NCBI GenBank assembly: GCA_965112735.1
Contig: OZ218953.1
Span: 3,596,001 to 3,660,000, forward strand
Source: Phaeosaccion multiseriatum
Taxonomy: Eukaryota; Protista; Ochrophyta, other classes
Direction: 5' to 3'
Length of the DNA: 64,000 nt
The position numbers and the translations under genes were made by a program. Numbering within the stretch: the stretch's first letter is position 1; each line of letters opens with the position of its first letter. Shown in pieces: positions 1 through 11,878 of the stretch. The notes beneath the pieces were generated by a model. It worked only from the letters and a program-made list of their open reading frames with translations, ran no database searches and had not been told where the DNA came from.

Positions 1-1211
1 GCCCTTGGCGTGAGACACAAAGGCGCTTGGAGAAGGGGGCGACCGGAGCCTACACAGCACACCCAGGTGGGCCTGAGGGGGAAGCCCCTGTCGTACCCTC
101 TTCCTTTCCCTACCTACCTTCTGGGGCAAGTCTCCTTCCCCGCTGATGACGGGGTGGTCTTCTGGGTCTAACCCTGCCACGCGAAAGGCAAAGCCGAACT
201 TCCTGAGGGGGCAACACGCGGAGATAATTCGCTTAGTTATGGGACCCATCTGAGTCGCGTTCCTTCTTCTTTGGCTGAGGGTTGCCCCATCGCCTGTGAG
301 GGCGTCCACCCGCTCCCCACAGCCTTCTCGAAAGATAGGCTTTGTCGTAAACAAACCCTTTTTTTGTCTCTGCCTCCCCTACCCTACCTGGACTCTTCAT
401 CTTCGATGTTCTCCCGTCCATTGTGAATGCAAAACTCATAGCGTCCATCCTTGCCCACGTCGTGCGTGAAGGAGCCTTCATTCTCTCCAACTGTGCGCAG
501 GCAAACAAAAACAAGTGAAAGGGGTCTCTTAGCGCAGTATAGCAAAAGCGAGCGCAGTCCACAAAGTGAAGCAGCAAAGCACGAAAGGCTTCCCCCACCT
601 TTTTCGTAAATGGGCGTGTCGCCGTGTTCTTCCAGGGAGAGCGTCACTCTGACGGGGTGAGACGAAACTCCTACGCTAAGCAGCTCGAAATTGCCTCCTA
701 GAGTCATGGAGACTCGCGCTGGCAAGATGTAACATTCCCTGACAGGCAGGTAAGCAGGCAGGAAAGCAGCAGACAAGGAGGGAGGTAGGCAGGTGATAGC
801 TGAGCAACGAGCAACGAAGAACACCACCCCGCCCTGGCTCCGCTTCGCACTGATTGAGACAGAGACAGAAGCGGAGTGGGAGTAGGTAAAGGGCTTGGAG
901 TCGTGCTTAAGCGGGTCTCTTCAAATCTTCTCCTTCCTTACTTGCTTCCCGCCTCAATCTCCACAGACAAGCCTTGCACGAGATGTTGCACGAGCGCTAA
1001 TACAACTACAACCAGAACGGCGCGTGGCCCCCAGCGTAAGCGCACCATCGAGGGGATAAGGGGGGGCCGGATGACATTTAATTGACTTAATAGGAATCAC
1101 CTAAGAAACTGAAAGTGTGAATGTGCGTTGGAATCGTCTCTGTGTCTCCGGGGCCCTCGAGGGGCCGGTTACTACCCCTCTTGGTCGGGGAGAGGGAGTG
1201 CAGGACCAGCT

Positions 1212-1282
1212 CCGCGGTTGAGCCGACCCAGGACGGCGCGCTCTCGCTCCGAGAGCCACATCTGGTGGCTGCAGCTGACGAG
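1212..1282. repeat. Dispersed ~70-bp repeat, copy 1 (copy 2 at 43391-43461)
   Basis: ccgcggttgagccgacccagga(c/a)ggcgcgctctcgctc(c/t)gagagccacatctg(g/c)tggctgcagctgacgag occurs twice, with 3 differences. Confidence 0.9.
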
Positions 1283-1289
1283 AACACCT

Positions 1290-1885
1290 TGTTACCTGGA
1301 TGAACAAAACATCACCATCTGGGCCCACACGGAGGAGGAGTTCCGCTCCATTCTCCAGTCTGTGCTCGATGCACTCGCCAATGCCGGTTTCAAGCTCGGG
1401 CTCTCGGGTGTATCCATCGGCAACTCGCAAAAGTTCTGCGGGAAGATCTATGATGGCGACGGCGTCAAGCATGACCCTGTCAAGATCCAAGGTCTCCTCG
1501 ACCTCGAGGAGCCCAAGAACGGTGATGAGTTCATTCAATTCGTCGCCGCTGCTGGCTGGATGCGCGACTGCATCCCACGATTTGCAGAGCTCGTCGCTCC
1601 TCTGCAGGAGCTGAATCAAACTGTCTTCTCCGCAGCTGGCTGGCAACCGCAAGCAGAGACGTCACCCTGACGCCACTGCCGCTCCTACTCCTCGCACCAA
1701 GCGTGTCGCTCGCTCCATCTCCCTCTCTTCGGTGGGGTGGGGCCCTGAGCACTCCAAAGCCTTTCAAGCTCTGAAAGACGCTCTGGCTGATCAAGTCAAG
1801 CTTGCTCATCCTGACCCTGACAAGGCTCGCTGTGTCTTTCCTGATGCCAGTGATCTCCATTGGGGGAATGTGGTGACGCAAGTGC
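1290..1885 (+). mobile_element. Decayed Ty3/gypsy LTR-retrotransposon pol fragment (RT C-terminal part, connection domain, start of RNase H)
   Basis: Translation gives YLDEQNITIWAHTEEEFRSILQSVLDALANAGFKL..KFCGKIYDGDGVKHDPVKIQGL..FVAAAGWMRDCIPRFAELVAPL, then after a stop/frameshift WGPEHSKAFQALKDAL..LAHPDPDKARCVFPDASDLHWG (RNase H DAS motif). The YxDD motif is degenerate. No protease, integrase or paired LTRs were seen. Confidence 0.85.
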
Positions 1886-2174
1886 GCTGCTACTACTGCT
1901 GCTGCCATTCTCCTCTTCGGTGCCGGAAGCTGCTGCCTCGTTGTTCGCCTCGGATGCTGCATCTGCTGCCCCCGCGACATCATCTGAGTCAGCCACGTCC
2001 TGCACATCCTCAGCCTCCTTAGCCTTGCCTTTCCCCTTGTTCTTGGTGTTCGCCATGCTGATGCTAAAGTCCGCAAAGCTGATGATCAGAGGTGGTCCGG
2101 CTGTCGAGCTGTTCGACTTGAGATCAGAAATGCTGAGGCTGAGAGGTCTCCACTCTACTTACCCACACCCCTCA

Positions 2175-2328
2175 TGCCAAGTTCTGTGCAATGCTATGCT
2201 TCAAGCCTGCAACCGTCCTCAGGGGCTGAAGGGGTACCTTGAATATACAGGCTGTCCCCTACAAGGTACCCCTTCAGCCCCTGGGGACGGTTGCAGGCTT
2301 GAAGCATAGCATTGCACAGAGCTTGGCA
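2175..2328. repeat. Long inverted repeat / hairpin (67-bp arms, 20-nt loop)
   Basis: Arm 2175-2241 is the reverse complement of arm 2262-2328 except at 2 positions. Confidence 0.95.
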
Positions 2329-2655
2329 AGACTCCGTGCTGACCTGAGTGTTGTCCTCCTTGAAGAAGACGCGAGTCTGGCCATGCTTCTCCAAGAGACC
2401 ATGCATCTGCTGATTGAGAGAACCCACAGGGGGGGGAAGTGATCTGGGGCAGTCGCCATTTGGGAAGCAGATTCGGACACCTCTTTCCCCTTTTCTCTCG
2501 GTTCATCGTTTCTGCCTCTACAGGAAGGGTAGGTAGTCGCAAGGGGGGGCTTCAGCACACCACACGTTGGTGACTTGAGGTACCCTCTCTCTTTCACTCT
2601 TCTTCCATCTTTCTCCTTCCTACTGGTCAGATGGCAGCAGAAGGCGAGCGTGCGC

Positions 2656-5600
2656 TTATAAGGTCTTCCTCAGGTCCGCGTACGCTCTGGAGAGGGACTG
2701 GCTCCTGGCCAGGGCGTAGTCCTTCTCCTCCTGCGTGCGGCCTTGCTGCAGGTCGGGGTGGTACTTGAGCATCTGTGGTGGGAGGGAGTGGAGGGGAGCA
2801 GAGCGGGAGGGTAAGGCATGCAGGCCGGTGCGCAAAGGAGTCCCTACTCTAGACAGCCGCATACAGCTGCCCGAAATAGGAGGTATACACACAGACTTCG
2901 AGCCCCGCAAAAGCAGCCCCCAAGGCCCCACCCACACAGAGTACCGATCATATGAATGCGTGCATACGTTTGGACACCTGTCTTCTATCCTGGTCTGACT
3001 CACCTCCCGACGGAAGGCCTTCTGGGCCTCCTTGGCGGAGCAGCCCCTGCCCACCCCCAGCAGCTCGTAGGGTGACATGCTCTTGAGGAGGTCATACTTT
3101 GACTGCTCGGAGCGGCTCCTGTTCTGGCGCCGCTCCTGCCGAGCGCTCCCCCGCTGCTGCTTCCCGTACGTCTGCTGCTTCTGCTGCTGCTGCTGCTGCT
3201 GACTGCCCCTTCTGTGCTGCTGCTGCTGCTGCTGTTGCTGCTGCTGTTGCTGGTACTGCTGGTGCTCTTGCTGGCGATACTGTTCCTGCCTGTACTGCTG
3301 CTGTACCTCCTCCCACCAGCTCCACGGCCCCCCTCCCTTCCTCTGCTGCTCGTGCCGCGCCCCCTGGTAAGGGTTGACTGCCCACGCGTCGTCCGCCCAC
3401 ATCCATACGTCCCCCTTGCGCGTCTGCTCCTCCAGCTCCTCCTGAGCGATCTGCACCCCGGTCGGGCACAGCCAAAGAAGGGTCAGCCTCAAGACTGGAC
3501 AAGACACGCAGGCACAAACACACAAACACACAAACACACGTACACTCCTCCAGAGCTCCTCAAAGCAAGACGGGAGAGAAGCCAACAAGCAAAAAGGACT
3601 GTGTGTAGCTGTAATTGGCACACACCTGGGTCCACTCCTCCCACGAAATGCGCCTGTCTCTTAGGGGCGAGTAGACCTTCCTAAACAGGACGAATCCGCC
3701 AATGGCGAAAGGCCAAAACAAGGGCACCCGCGCCAGGAGTTTGACGCCCTTGTGGGTTTTGCGGGTAGGGACGGCAGGAGAAAGCGTGGGGAGAGAGAGA
3801 GCGTGAGAGGCTAGGGGGGACATCAGGGGAGTACACGAGACACAAGCACACGAGCACACGAACTAACGCACCATGAATGCCCCCCTCACGACCAAACCCA
3901 CGCCCTTGCCCAGGATCCTCGCCAGAGGGTCGAATCCAAAGGCGGGCAGCGCGACTTGGGCTCTGCTCAGCGCCGACTGCATGGCGTCGGAGAGGCCCTG
4001 TTGGATGTCGCGGGTGAGGTGCTGGTGTCCCAGCCCAGAAGCAGTGGGGCCTACGCACGCACGCACGCACGTACAGAGGATGCGCGGGGGGAGGGAGGAG
4101 GGAGGAGGGAGGAGGAGGAGGGGAGGGAGACGGCAGACAGAGACGACACATTGAGCGGATTGGCTTGTCTGACTCTCTTCTGATCATGATGCAACCATCT
4201 GCAGCTGACGGGGGGGGGAGGCATACAGTGCTAGTAGTGTAGTTCTTTAAACCCCTTGGCTCTATACATATCGAGATGTAGCACATGCCCTCACCCGCGC
4301 TTCTCCCGCTGACGAACACGTGGAACTCCTCTCCGAAGAAGGAGTACGTGAAGGCATATACGGGCATGTACACCCTGCGCACCTGGGGAGGGGAGGGGAG
4401 GGCACACACACACACATATACATACGTACGTAAGGCCCAACGTATCCATATTCCGCAATCGCTTCCTTCCTCCGACTCCTCCCACTCCGACGGCGGCAGG
4501 ACTGCTCACTGACTGACTCATTGACCTTGTGCAGCTTGAAGCGGTGATGTATGCTCTCCTCGTCTAGGTCCTTCCAGATGGTGGCGAGCTCTCTCCTCTC
4601 GCTGTTGCCTATCTGCTGCCTCACGGCATTCCAGGCCGTGCCCTGATACACTCCCCACGCGTCCGCCTGAGCAGCCGTCGTCGGCGGGCAGAGCAGTCAC
4701 AGAGACAAGAGTTAGACACATTACATTCTTTCGGACAGCTGCGTTCCGCGTATCACGTCACGGCTGCACGGCACCCACAGAAAGATGGAGAGACAGCAGG
4801 TAGACTACACACAGAAGGTTTATCTCTTCACGGGATGCATGCACATTGTCCACCCACGCCACACCCACGCGTACACACACACACACACACGCGCACACAC
4901 ACATTGCATCTGGTCGAGGCCGAGCCAAGGCCGAGCCAAGGCCACCCACGCACCCACACAGACCCCCTTGCAGCACATCCATCGCACCTCTATGCCTGCC
5001 TCGCCCACGTGCCCTCTGCTCGTGTCGATCATGCGGCGCGTGAAGGGCCGCGTGGAGCCCAAGGAGGAGCCGAGGTCCGACAGCAAGTGGCGGTGGTAAT
5101 TGTAGCCTAGAGATGGGCGGGAGAGAGTCGGGAGGGAGTGAGGGAGAGGGGATTGGGGGGCTTCGACTTGGGACGGATGGAAATGTAGGAGAGGAATGAA
5201 TAACAAAAAATACAGGGAAGAAGCAAGTTACTACAGAGGGAAAGGAGAGGGAGAGAAGGTCCGTACATTCAGCAGCTGAGGGCAAGCGTGGGGAAGTGTG
5301 GGGCCCCTGCTCTTCACTCACCCCCGTACACCATGCAGTCCTTTCCCTGGAAGGACATTCGCTTCTCCTGCAGCACCTTCTCCCCCAGGGTGGTCTGCAC
5401 GCTGCGGACAAGGCCGGCAGGCAGACAGGCAGGTAGGTAGGTAGGCAGGCAGGAAGGCAGGCAGGAAGGCAGGCAGGCAGGAAGGGAGGGTGTCAGACAT
5501 CAAGGATCACGCACGAGCAGAGCAGCGCCACCACCGCACCGAAAGCAAAGCATAGCCTCAGAGCCTCGAGCCTATCTCTAAAGATCTTCCTCCATTTCAA

Positions 5601-6422
5601 GGCTCTGTCCCCCGAACCCTGATCCCTACCCTGACTTTGTCCCCTGAGCCTGACCTGCAGTCGAAGGCCCAGAAGGGCACAAACACGCCGCGAACTTCCT
5701 CGAAGTCTTTGGCCCCTTTGGCGGACAGCACGTTGCTCACCGACAGCGTGGCAGAGATGTTCTTCTCTTCAAGGAACTGGGAGAGGGAGGAAGGGAGGCA
5801 GGCGGTTGAGGGCAGACCAGAGCAACACACGGGGCCAGCGCAAACGCACACGCGATGGGTATCAGAGCGCACGGAAGGGAAACCGTCTCCTGTCTTCCGC
5901 CCCCAAGTAGATGGCCTTCCCTGCTCGCATGACTTTTTGTCTGTGACCCACTGTGACTCACGCACTCACTCACTCACCTCCTTGTACCTCTTCTTGGCCT
6001 CGGCCAAGTCGATGGAGAATGGGACGCCTTCTATGACCACTGCTCAAAGGCAAAGAGAAGGGAGAGCGGCATCAGAAGCAGCGGCAAAGGTAGTAATCCT
6101 ACTTGGTGCGTCGACCATGCAATGCGGTACTTGGGCGAAAAGGAAAGGAAGTGGGGGAGAAGGCTTTCGGCTCTACTCCCCACGTGCAAAGGGTGAACGC
6201 CCAAGTCTATCACATCGCCTTTATTCACCAACCACACGCACCGCTGCGATGGGGACCAGTGCCTGCGGCCCTTCGCTGTTGGTATAACACACGAAGGACT
6301 TGTCGCGGCGCGTGAAGTTGGTATCCTGCTATCGCACTATACTTCCTTCTTCGGTCGATGTTGCAGCGTCTTGCTCCCCCCTGTAAAGGGAGCGCCTTGC
6401 TCCTCCTGCATAGCCTCTGCAT
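2656..6422 (-). CDS. Multi-exon protein with a C-terminal DnaJ (J) domain and a possible mitochondrial presequence
   Basis: The last two exons give SPYELLGV..AQKAFRRE / MLKYHPD..RAYADL (HPD intact). Upstream exons give EGVPFSIDLAEAKKRYKE, VFVPFWAFD and RVYMPVYAFTYSFFGEEFHVFVSG. The N-terminus MQRLCRRSKAL is Arg-rich. The start codon and some internal exon limits are approximate. Confidence 0.8.
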
Positions 6423-6945
6423 TGTAGCTGCACGTCTACTACATGGCGAGGAGAGCATGCCACATCTACTGCTGTTGCTACTCGAGAGGGACGGGGGAGA
6501 GCACGATGTGGGTATGGCGAGAGAGAGAGAGTGAGAGAGAGAGGAGGAAAGAAGTTTCAATAGTAGTTTCTGATTCGGCCCACCCCTTCGCGGGCCTTCC
6601 TTGTCAGCATGGGCTGCTAATCCCCTCTCCTCGCTTACCCTGTTGTTAGATGGAAGGGTAAAAGTCCTACATAAGTGGGGGGGCGCGGTGGGGGGGGGGT
6701 GTTGTTCTCCGGATCGTCGCCATTTGATCCCCTTCTCCCTCCTTCCTTCCTTCTCTTCCTCCCTTCTACCCCAGTCGCTTCGGCGGCCTCCGCCGTTCGG
6801 GGTCTACTCTTGGTTCTCCAATCGTGCACGCGTCCCCCCTCCTCCCCACCTTGACACTCTCGTCTCACACACCCACCCACACACACACTTTCAGTTTCAG
6901 TTTCTCAGGTGATTCCTCTTAAGTCAATATATGCCTTTCTACGTA

Positions 6946-7142
6946 CCCCTGACGCACTATCGCCCACATTCTCGCAGCGTGCTATCGGCCGGCGGCCGAT
7001 AGCGGATAGCGGATCGGCTGGCGCCGGCGATAGCGGATAGCGGATCGGTTGGCGCCGGCGATAGCGGATAGCACGGCCCCACAACACCCCCCCAACGCCG
7101 GCTGGCGCCGGCGATAGCGGATAGCGGATAGTGCATCAGGGT
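6946..7142. mobile_element. MITE-like element, copy 1 (terminal inverted repeats plus internal GATAGCGGATAGC tandem units)
   Basis: Ends ccctgacgcactatc and gatagtgcatcaggg form a 15-bp inverted repeat with 1 mismatch. Internal ~30-bp units read ggctggcgccggcgatagcggatagc. Homologous to 37544-37958. Confidence 0.7.
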
Positions 7143-7479
7143 TTGAATACATGATTTCCGATGTTCCAATGGATTCTATATTATCTAATAGGCGGGGAGC
7201 AGGCGGGAGAGAAGAGGGGCACCTTTTCCTTCCCTCATTTCTAGCTACTGTAAGCTGCACCCAACACCGAAGAGAGAAAAAATATAAGACCCCCATGGCA
7301 TTCATTGTCAGCCCCACCACACACAACGCACACAGATCATCCATGGTATCCGCGCACGACCTCCCACCCAGTTTTTCGGCTGGCCGGCCATCCCAGCGGC
7401 AGCGCCGGCTAGCCCCTTCCTTCGCTCCTGCCACCCATCCCGTCGGCGCTGCTGCCGCTACGTACTACTTCCTTCTGGC

Positions 7480-9273
7480 CTAGGCCTTCGCACCATCCCG
7501 GACACCTTCACCTGACACGCCGCTGTCATTGCTGTTGCCACTGCCCTCTCCGGCAGCGGCGGCATTGGCGGCGGCTGCTGTTGCACCCTCCAAGGCCTCC
7601 GCCATGACGCTCAAGTCGCTGAGGCCTCGCACCTCCTCCGCCACGCCCTCCAGCAGCGCCCTCCGAGCCCCCCTCTGCATGAGTACCGCCTGCTGCCTGC
7701 GCCTGGCCCCACGAGCGCCCGCTCCAAAGTCGTCCCATATGCAACTCCGCATCTCCAGCAGCAGCTCAGAGGGATGGGTCTCCAGCGCCACTCGCAGGGC
7801 AGTCTCCTCGTGCTCTGCCGCCAGGGCCACGAGCTTGCTCACGATTTCCTGCTCCCCTCGGAGGCGCGAGAAGAGCACAGCCGCTTCCAGGTCGGCCCCT
7901 CCTTCGAGCAGCGGCCCCACCACCGCGTCTCTCTCCGAATGTATGGCCACGATGAGCGGAGTCACACCGTTCTCCTGCTGCGTTGCGTTCACGTCCGCGC
8001 CCCTGGCAATGAGGATCTCCACGCAGGCAACGTGCCCCCCCTGAGCCGCCATGTGGAGACAGGTGGCGTGGTCTGTCCGCAGAATGTCGGTCCGTGCCCC
8101 ACCTGCGAGCAATTCCCTCGCCACACCGTCGTGCCCCTGCACGCAGGCCGCGAAGAGCGGAGTCGTGCCGTCCCGATGTCTGCTGTCCACCTGCGCACCT
8201 CCCCGCAGCAACTCGCGCACCACCGCCGCTTGGCCCGACTGCGCGGCCAGCAGCAGGGGGGTGGCCCCTCCCTCCAGCGTCATGTGCGGGCTGCTCCCTG
8301 CTGCCAGCAGAGTCCTCGTCACATCCCCATGGCCTCTCTGCGCTGCCCCGAACAACGGAGTTGCGCCGTCTGTCCTCTGCTGCAGGGGGTCGGCTCCAGC
8401 AGCGAGGAGGCTCTGCACCACGGAGTCGTGGCCGTTGGTGGCTGCAATGAAGAGGGGAGTCATGTCCTCCGGGGAGGAGGGGTCGCTGCGGTCTGTGGAA
8501 GGCTGGTCTGCAGGGGCCCCTGCGGCCAGGAGGTGGCCCACTATGGCGGTCCGCCCTGCCGAGGAGGCGTTGAAGAGAGGAGTGGGACCCTGGGGAAAGG
8601 GCTGCGCGGCGGAAGCACCGGCTGCCAGCAGCAGCCGCACAATGTCCTCGTGCCCGCCCTCCAAAGCGATGTGAAGCGGGCTCAAGCCGTCGTAGGTGGC
8701 TTTAAAAATGAGCGCCCCGGAGGAGATGAGAAACTCTGCAATATCGACGTGGCCGTGGTAGCACGCCATGGCCAGCGGCGTTACACCCTGACTGTTAGCC
8801 TTCTCAATGTCCGCCCCCGCCTTGTGCAGCACCTGCACCACGTCCAAGTGGCCCTGCATGCCGGCCCGAAGGAGGGGCGTGTAGGGCGTCGCCGTACCCC
8901 CCTCGTTCACGTCAGCCCCTTCCTGCAGCAGCAGCTTCACGGCCTCGACTCGGCCCCAAGAAGCCGCCCAAGTGAGGAGGGTGGCGCTGGTCTCATAGTC
9001 CTCGCCCAGCGGTTTGTCCATGGAAGCGCGGCCATCCTTCCGGACAAAGTTCTTGAGGGCAGCCGCAGTGGCCTTCATGGTCGCGCCTCTCTTCATGGCG
9101 TCCACGAGCAGCTTGGCCTGGACAGGGTGAGGGTAGGAGGGAGAGAAGACGGAGTGAGTGAGTAGGAAGGGAAAGAGGCAGGGGAGGCCAGCAGGAGGAG
9201 AAGAGGCAAAGTCGTTTTTCGGCTTCATTTGCCTCACCTCCTGGGAGTAGTGGGTTTTTCGGTTCCTCGGCAT
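7480..9273 (-). CDS. Ankyrin-repeat protein (2 exons, about 11-12 ANK repeats)
   Basis: Tandem G.TPL..A...G...VV..LL..GA repeats in ORF 7480..9471. Exon 1 (MPRNRKTHYSQE, 9273-9238) splices in phase to 9117. Confidence 0.9.
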   Translation of the reverse strand: MPRNRKTHYSQEVRQMKPKNDFASSPPAGLPCLFPFLLTHSVFSPSYPHPVQAKLLVDAMKRGATMKATAAALKNFVRKDGRASMDKPLGEDYETSATLLTWAASWGRVEAVKLLLQEGADVNEGGTATPYTPLLRAGMQGHLDVVQVLHKAGADIEKANSQGVTPLAMACYHGHVDIAEFLISSGALIFKATYDGLSPLHIALEGGHEDIVRLLLAAGASAAQPFPQGPTPLFNASSAGRTAIVGHLLAAGAPADQPSTDRSDPSSPEDMTPLFIAATNGHDSVVQSLLAAGADPLQQRTDGATPLFGAAQRGHGDVTRTLLAAGSSPHMTLEGGATPLLLAAQSGQAAVVRELLRGGAQVDSRHRDGTTPLFAACVQGHDGVARELLAGGARTDILRTDHATCLHMAAQGGHVACVEILIARGADVNATQQENGVTPLIVAIHSERDAVVGPLLEGGADLEAAVLFSRLRGEQEIVSKLVALAAEHEETALRVALETHPSELLLEMRSCIWDDFGAGARGARRRQQAVLMQRGARRALLEGVAEEVRGLSDLSVMAEALEGATAAAANAAAAGEGSGNSNDSGVSGEGVRDGAKA

Positions 9274-9732
9274 GGTGGTGAGGGCTATTGCGCGTGCGGG
9301 CGTTATTTTGTTGACCGAAGCCAGGAGGGGCCTGCCGCCCAGAAGCCAGAAGCCAGAAAAACCTCGCCTGGGGCCGATGTGTGGGCGTGTGCATGTGAAG
9401 GAGGCATGCCCTCCACTGCCATCCGTCCGCCTAAAAGTAGCGCGGCGGGTGACATTGATATCATTTTCCATTTTCCATTAGGAGAAGAGGAAATGAAAGG
9501 GAGAAAAAAAGATATACATCCATCCATGCTTAGGTTAAGTAAGTCCTCTTCCCCCCCTCCTTCGTTACAATAGAAGGCCTAAGACCCAATGAAAGGGGCT
9601 GTTAAGAGCTGCGAGCCGCTCCCTACGGCATGTTAATTCAAGGCCTGTTAAGCAGTTAAGCCCCCCCAAGAGAGATCAAGAGCTACGAGCTCCCAGCAGC
9701 GAGCTCCCAGCAGCTTGCCAAGAACTCAAGAG

Positions 9733-10621
9733 CTACGAACCCCCCAGCAGCTTGTTCGCGGCGTACTCCATGTTGCCCCCTCCCTCTCGCAGGGCCCCTA
9801 CCACCGCCTCCCTTTGGAAGCCCATGCCCATCAGGGCCGAGATGGAATCCTCCGATGGCATGACGGGCAAGGGGGCAGGGACCGGGGCCGGCTGCCGCTG
9901 CCGAAGCCCCCCCGCCGCCGGATTACGCAGCAGCTGCTGGTGCCTCCCTGAGCCTCCCTGCATGGCTCTGCGCGCCATCTGCTCACGGAAGGGGACGAGG
10001 GAGATTGAGAGGGAGAGGGTGAGAGGGACCGAAAGAGACGACAAAAGCCGGTGCAAGCAGAAGGTTGGCGCTCTCGGGAGCCAAGTAGCAGGCTGGTGTG
10101 AGTTGAGATAGAAGAAGAAGAAGAAGAAGAAGAAGAAGAAGAAGAAGAAGAAGAAGAAGAAGAAGAAGAAGAAGAAGAAGAGACTGGAAAAAGGACCCAC
10201 AAGCACACCACACTTCCCTTCCCTTGCAATGCAAGAACACTTGGAGGAGATGTAATATGTAATATGTAATGGCCCGCACGCACACACCTCTCGGCGCTGC
10301 ATCTCCAGCATCTCCCGCCGCCTGACAACGCGTGGGTCCTCCGAACTGAGAAGGGGGTCCAGTATAGAGAAAAGCCTGCGAATGGGGCCTGCGGAGAGGG
10401 GCGAGGGAGAGACGGGGGGAGGAAAGAGGGAGGGCGTCAGAGGTGGGCTCCCGGCCGGCCTTGAGCCCCACTCTCAGACCGCTCGCTTTCTCCCTCCTCT
10501 CTGACCTGGGAGAATCAACCGCTGAAGCCCTTTACTTGAGGCGTAGAGAAGCGCCACCATCCCCCCACACGCCGCGGGAATGGCCGTACTCTGACCGAGA
10601 AGGCAGAGAAGGGGCAAAGGG

Positions 10622-10655
<34 letters not shown>

Positions 10656-11255
10656 GCAAAACTGAGCGTTGCCATCACTACACGTGCAGACACGAGCTGC
10701 AAGGCACTTCACCCCTCCCTCCTCCCTGCCCCTCGACACTCACCGAGCTCCGGCCCATTAGGTAGAGCGCCGCCATGTACAGAAAAGCCCTATCCCACGT
10801 CACCTTCATCTCCCCCGACCCACTCCCCGCTCCCGCCCTCCCTGCCGAGGAGAGGACGGAGATGGGCGGGAGCGTGGACGGCACGTGGCCGCAAAAGAGG
10901 GTGAGCAGGCCGCCCAGAATGGCCAGAGGGCCTGTGGAGAGGCGGGAAGACAGAGCCAGTGCGGCTCCGCCTGCCAGGGAGTGCACCAGCAGCAGGAAGG
11001 TGCCGAACTTGGCGCTGCCCATCTCTCGCTCCAGCACGCGGAACGTGTACGTGAGATGCATGCCTGTTGTGTGTGTTTGTGTGTGTGACAGGGGGGGGCG
11101 CGTGGTCGGGAGCTTGAGGATGGGAGAGCGAGAGACGGGCGACAGCAGGTTGCCAGAGCGGTTCTCTTTCTCCTCAGGCTCTACAAGTGTGTGCTCATAG
11201 CGATGCGTACTACCAGGTCGGGAGACCAACTTTGCCCCACCCGCAGAGCACTTCG

Positions 11256-11301
<46 letters not shown>

Positions 11302-11878
11302 ACTATTCTCTCTCTCGTCTCTTATCTGCCTGTGATCCAGCCTCCCCAGCCCTGGTGCTGTCCACTGGCACTTTCCCTGCCCTTCGCTCGTACCTGTCAG
11401 CAAGTGCCCGAGGCTGGGGTACACGGCGAAGCTCGTGAAGCCGGCAAAGAGCAGCTTGCCCCACCGCCCCTCCGACACCATCCGTGATAGGCCTGCCGTC
11501 GTCATCCCTCCACCTCCGCCTGCACCTCCCCAGCTAGCTGCCTCTGGGCCACCTGCCCGTAGGCAGGCTATGCTAGATATCACAGTGACGATCATCATCG
11601 CCTTCGTCACCGGAGCCCGAGCTGCACAGCGGAGGTGCCGCAGGGACGGGCGGGGCAGAGGCGGGCGTGGGGGAAAGAGGATCAGCCCAGTCAGCTCCGG
11701 ATGCAAGAACGGAAAGAGAGAGAGAGAGAGAGAGAGAGCGGGAAGGGGGGGGGGGGGGGTGGGGGGAGAGAGAGAGGGAGAGAGGGACAGGACGAGGAGA
11801 GGAGAGGGAGGCGAGAGAGGCGAGAAGGGAGCCGCAGTGAGGGGCGGCCTTACCGAAGCCTGGCGGTTGCCACGTCAT
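9733..11878 (-). CDS. UBAC2/Dsc2-like rhomboid-superfamily membrane protein with a C-terminal UBA domain
   Basis: N-terminus MTWQPPGF|..RAPVTK followed by TM segments. TFRVLEREMGSAKFGTFL is a UBAC2-type motif. The C-terminal UBA reads PSEDSISALMGMGFQREAVVGALREGGGNMEYAANKLL. Middle exons were not fully resolved. Confidence 0.8.
10111..10181. repeat. (GAA)n microsatellite, intronic
   Basis: Directly visible. Confidence 0.95.

Noticed and set aside
140-200. Hammerhead-like CTGATGA...GAAA (similar motifs near 648 and 43454)
   Set aside because: The required U-H after stem III and a proper stem II closing pair are absent.
233-827. Minus-strand ORFs as genes
   Set aside because: No recognisable motif or consistent exon structure; probably TE-derived.
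1128-2022. Intact retrotransposon or retron-like RT system
   Set aside because: It has a stop and frameshift, a degenerate YxDD and no N-terminal RT region, integrase or paired LTRs.
7774-9165. 463-aa + strand ORF (similar antisense ORFs at 34221 and 45624)
   Set aside because: These are antisense shadows of GC-rich genuine genes, with no recognisable motifs.
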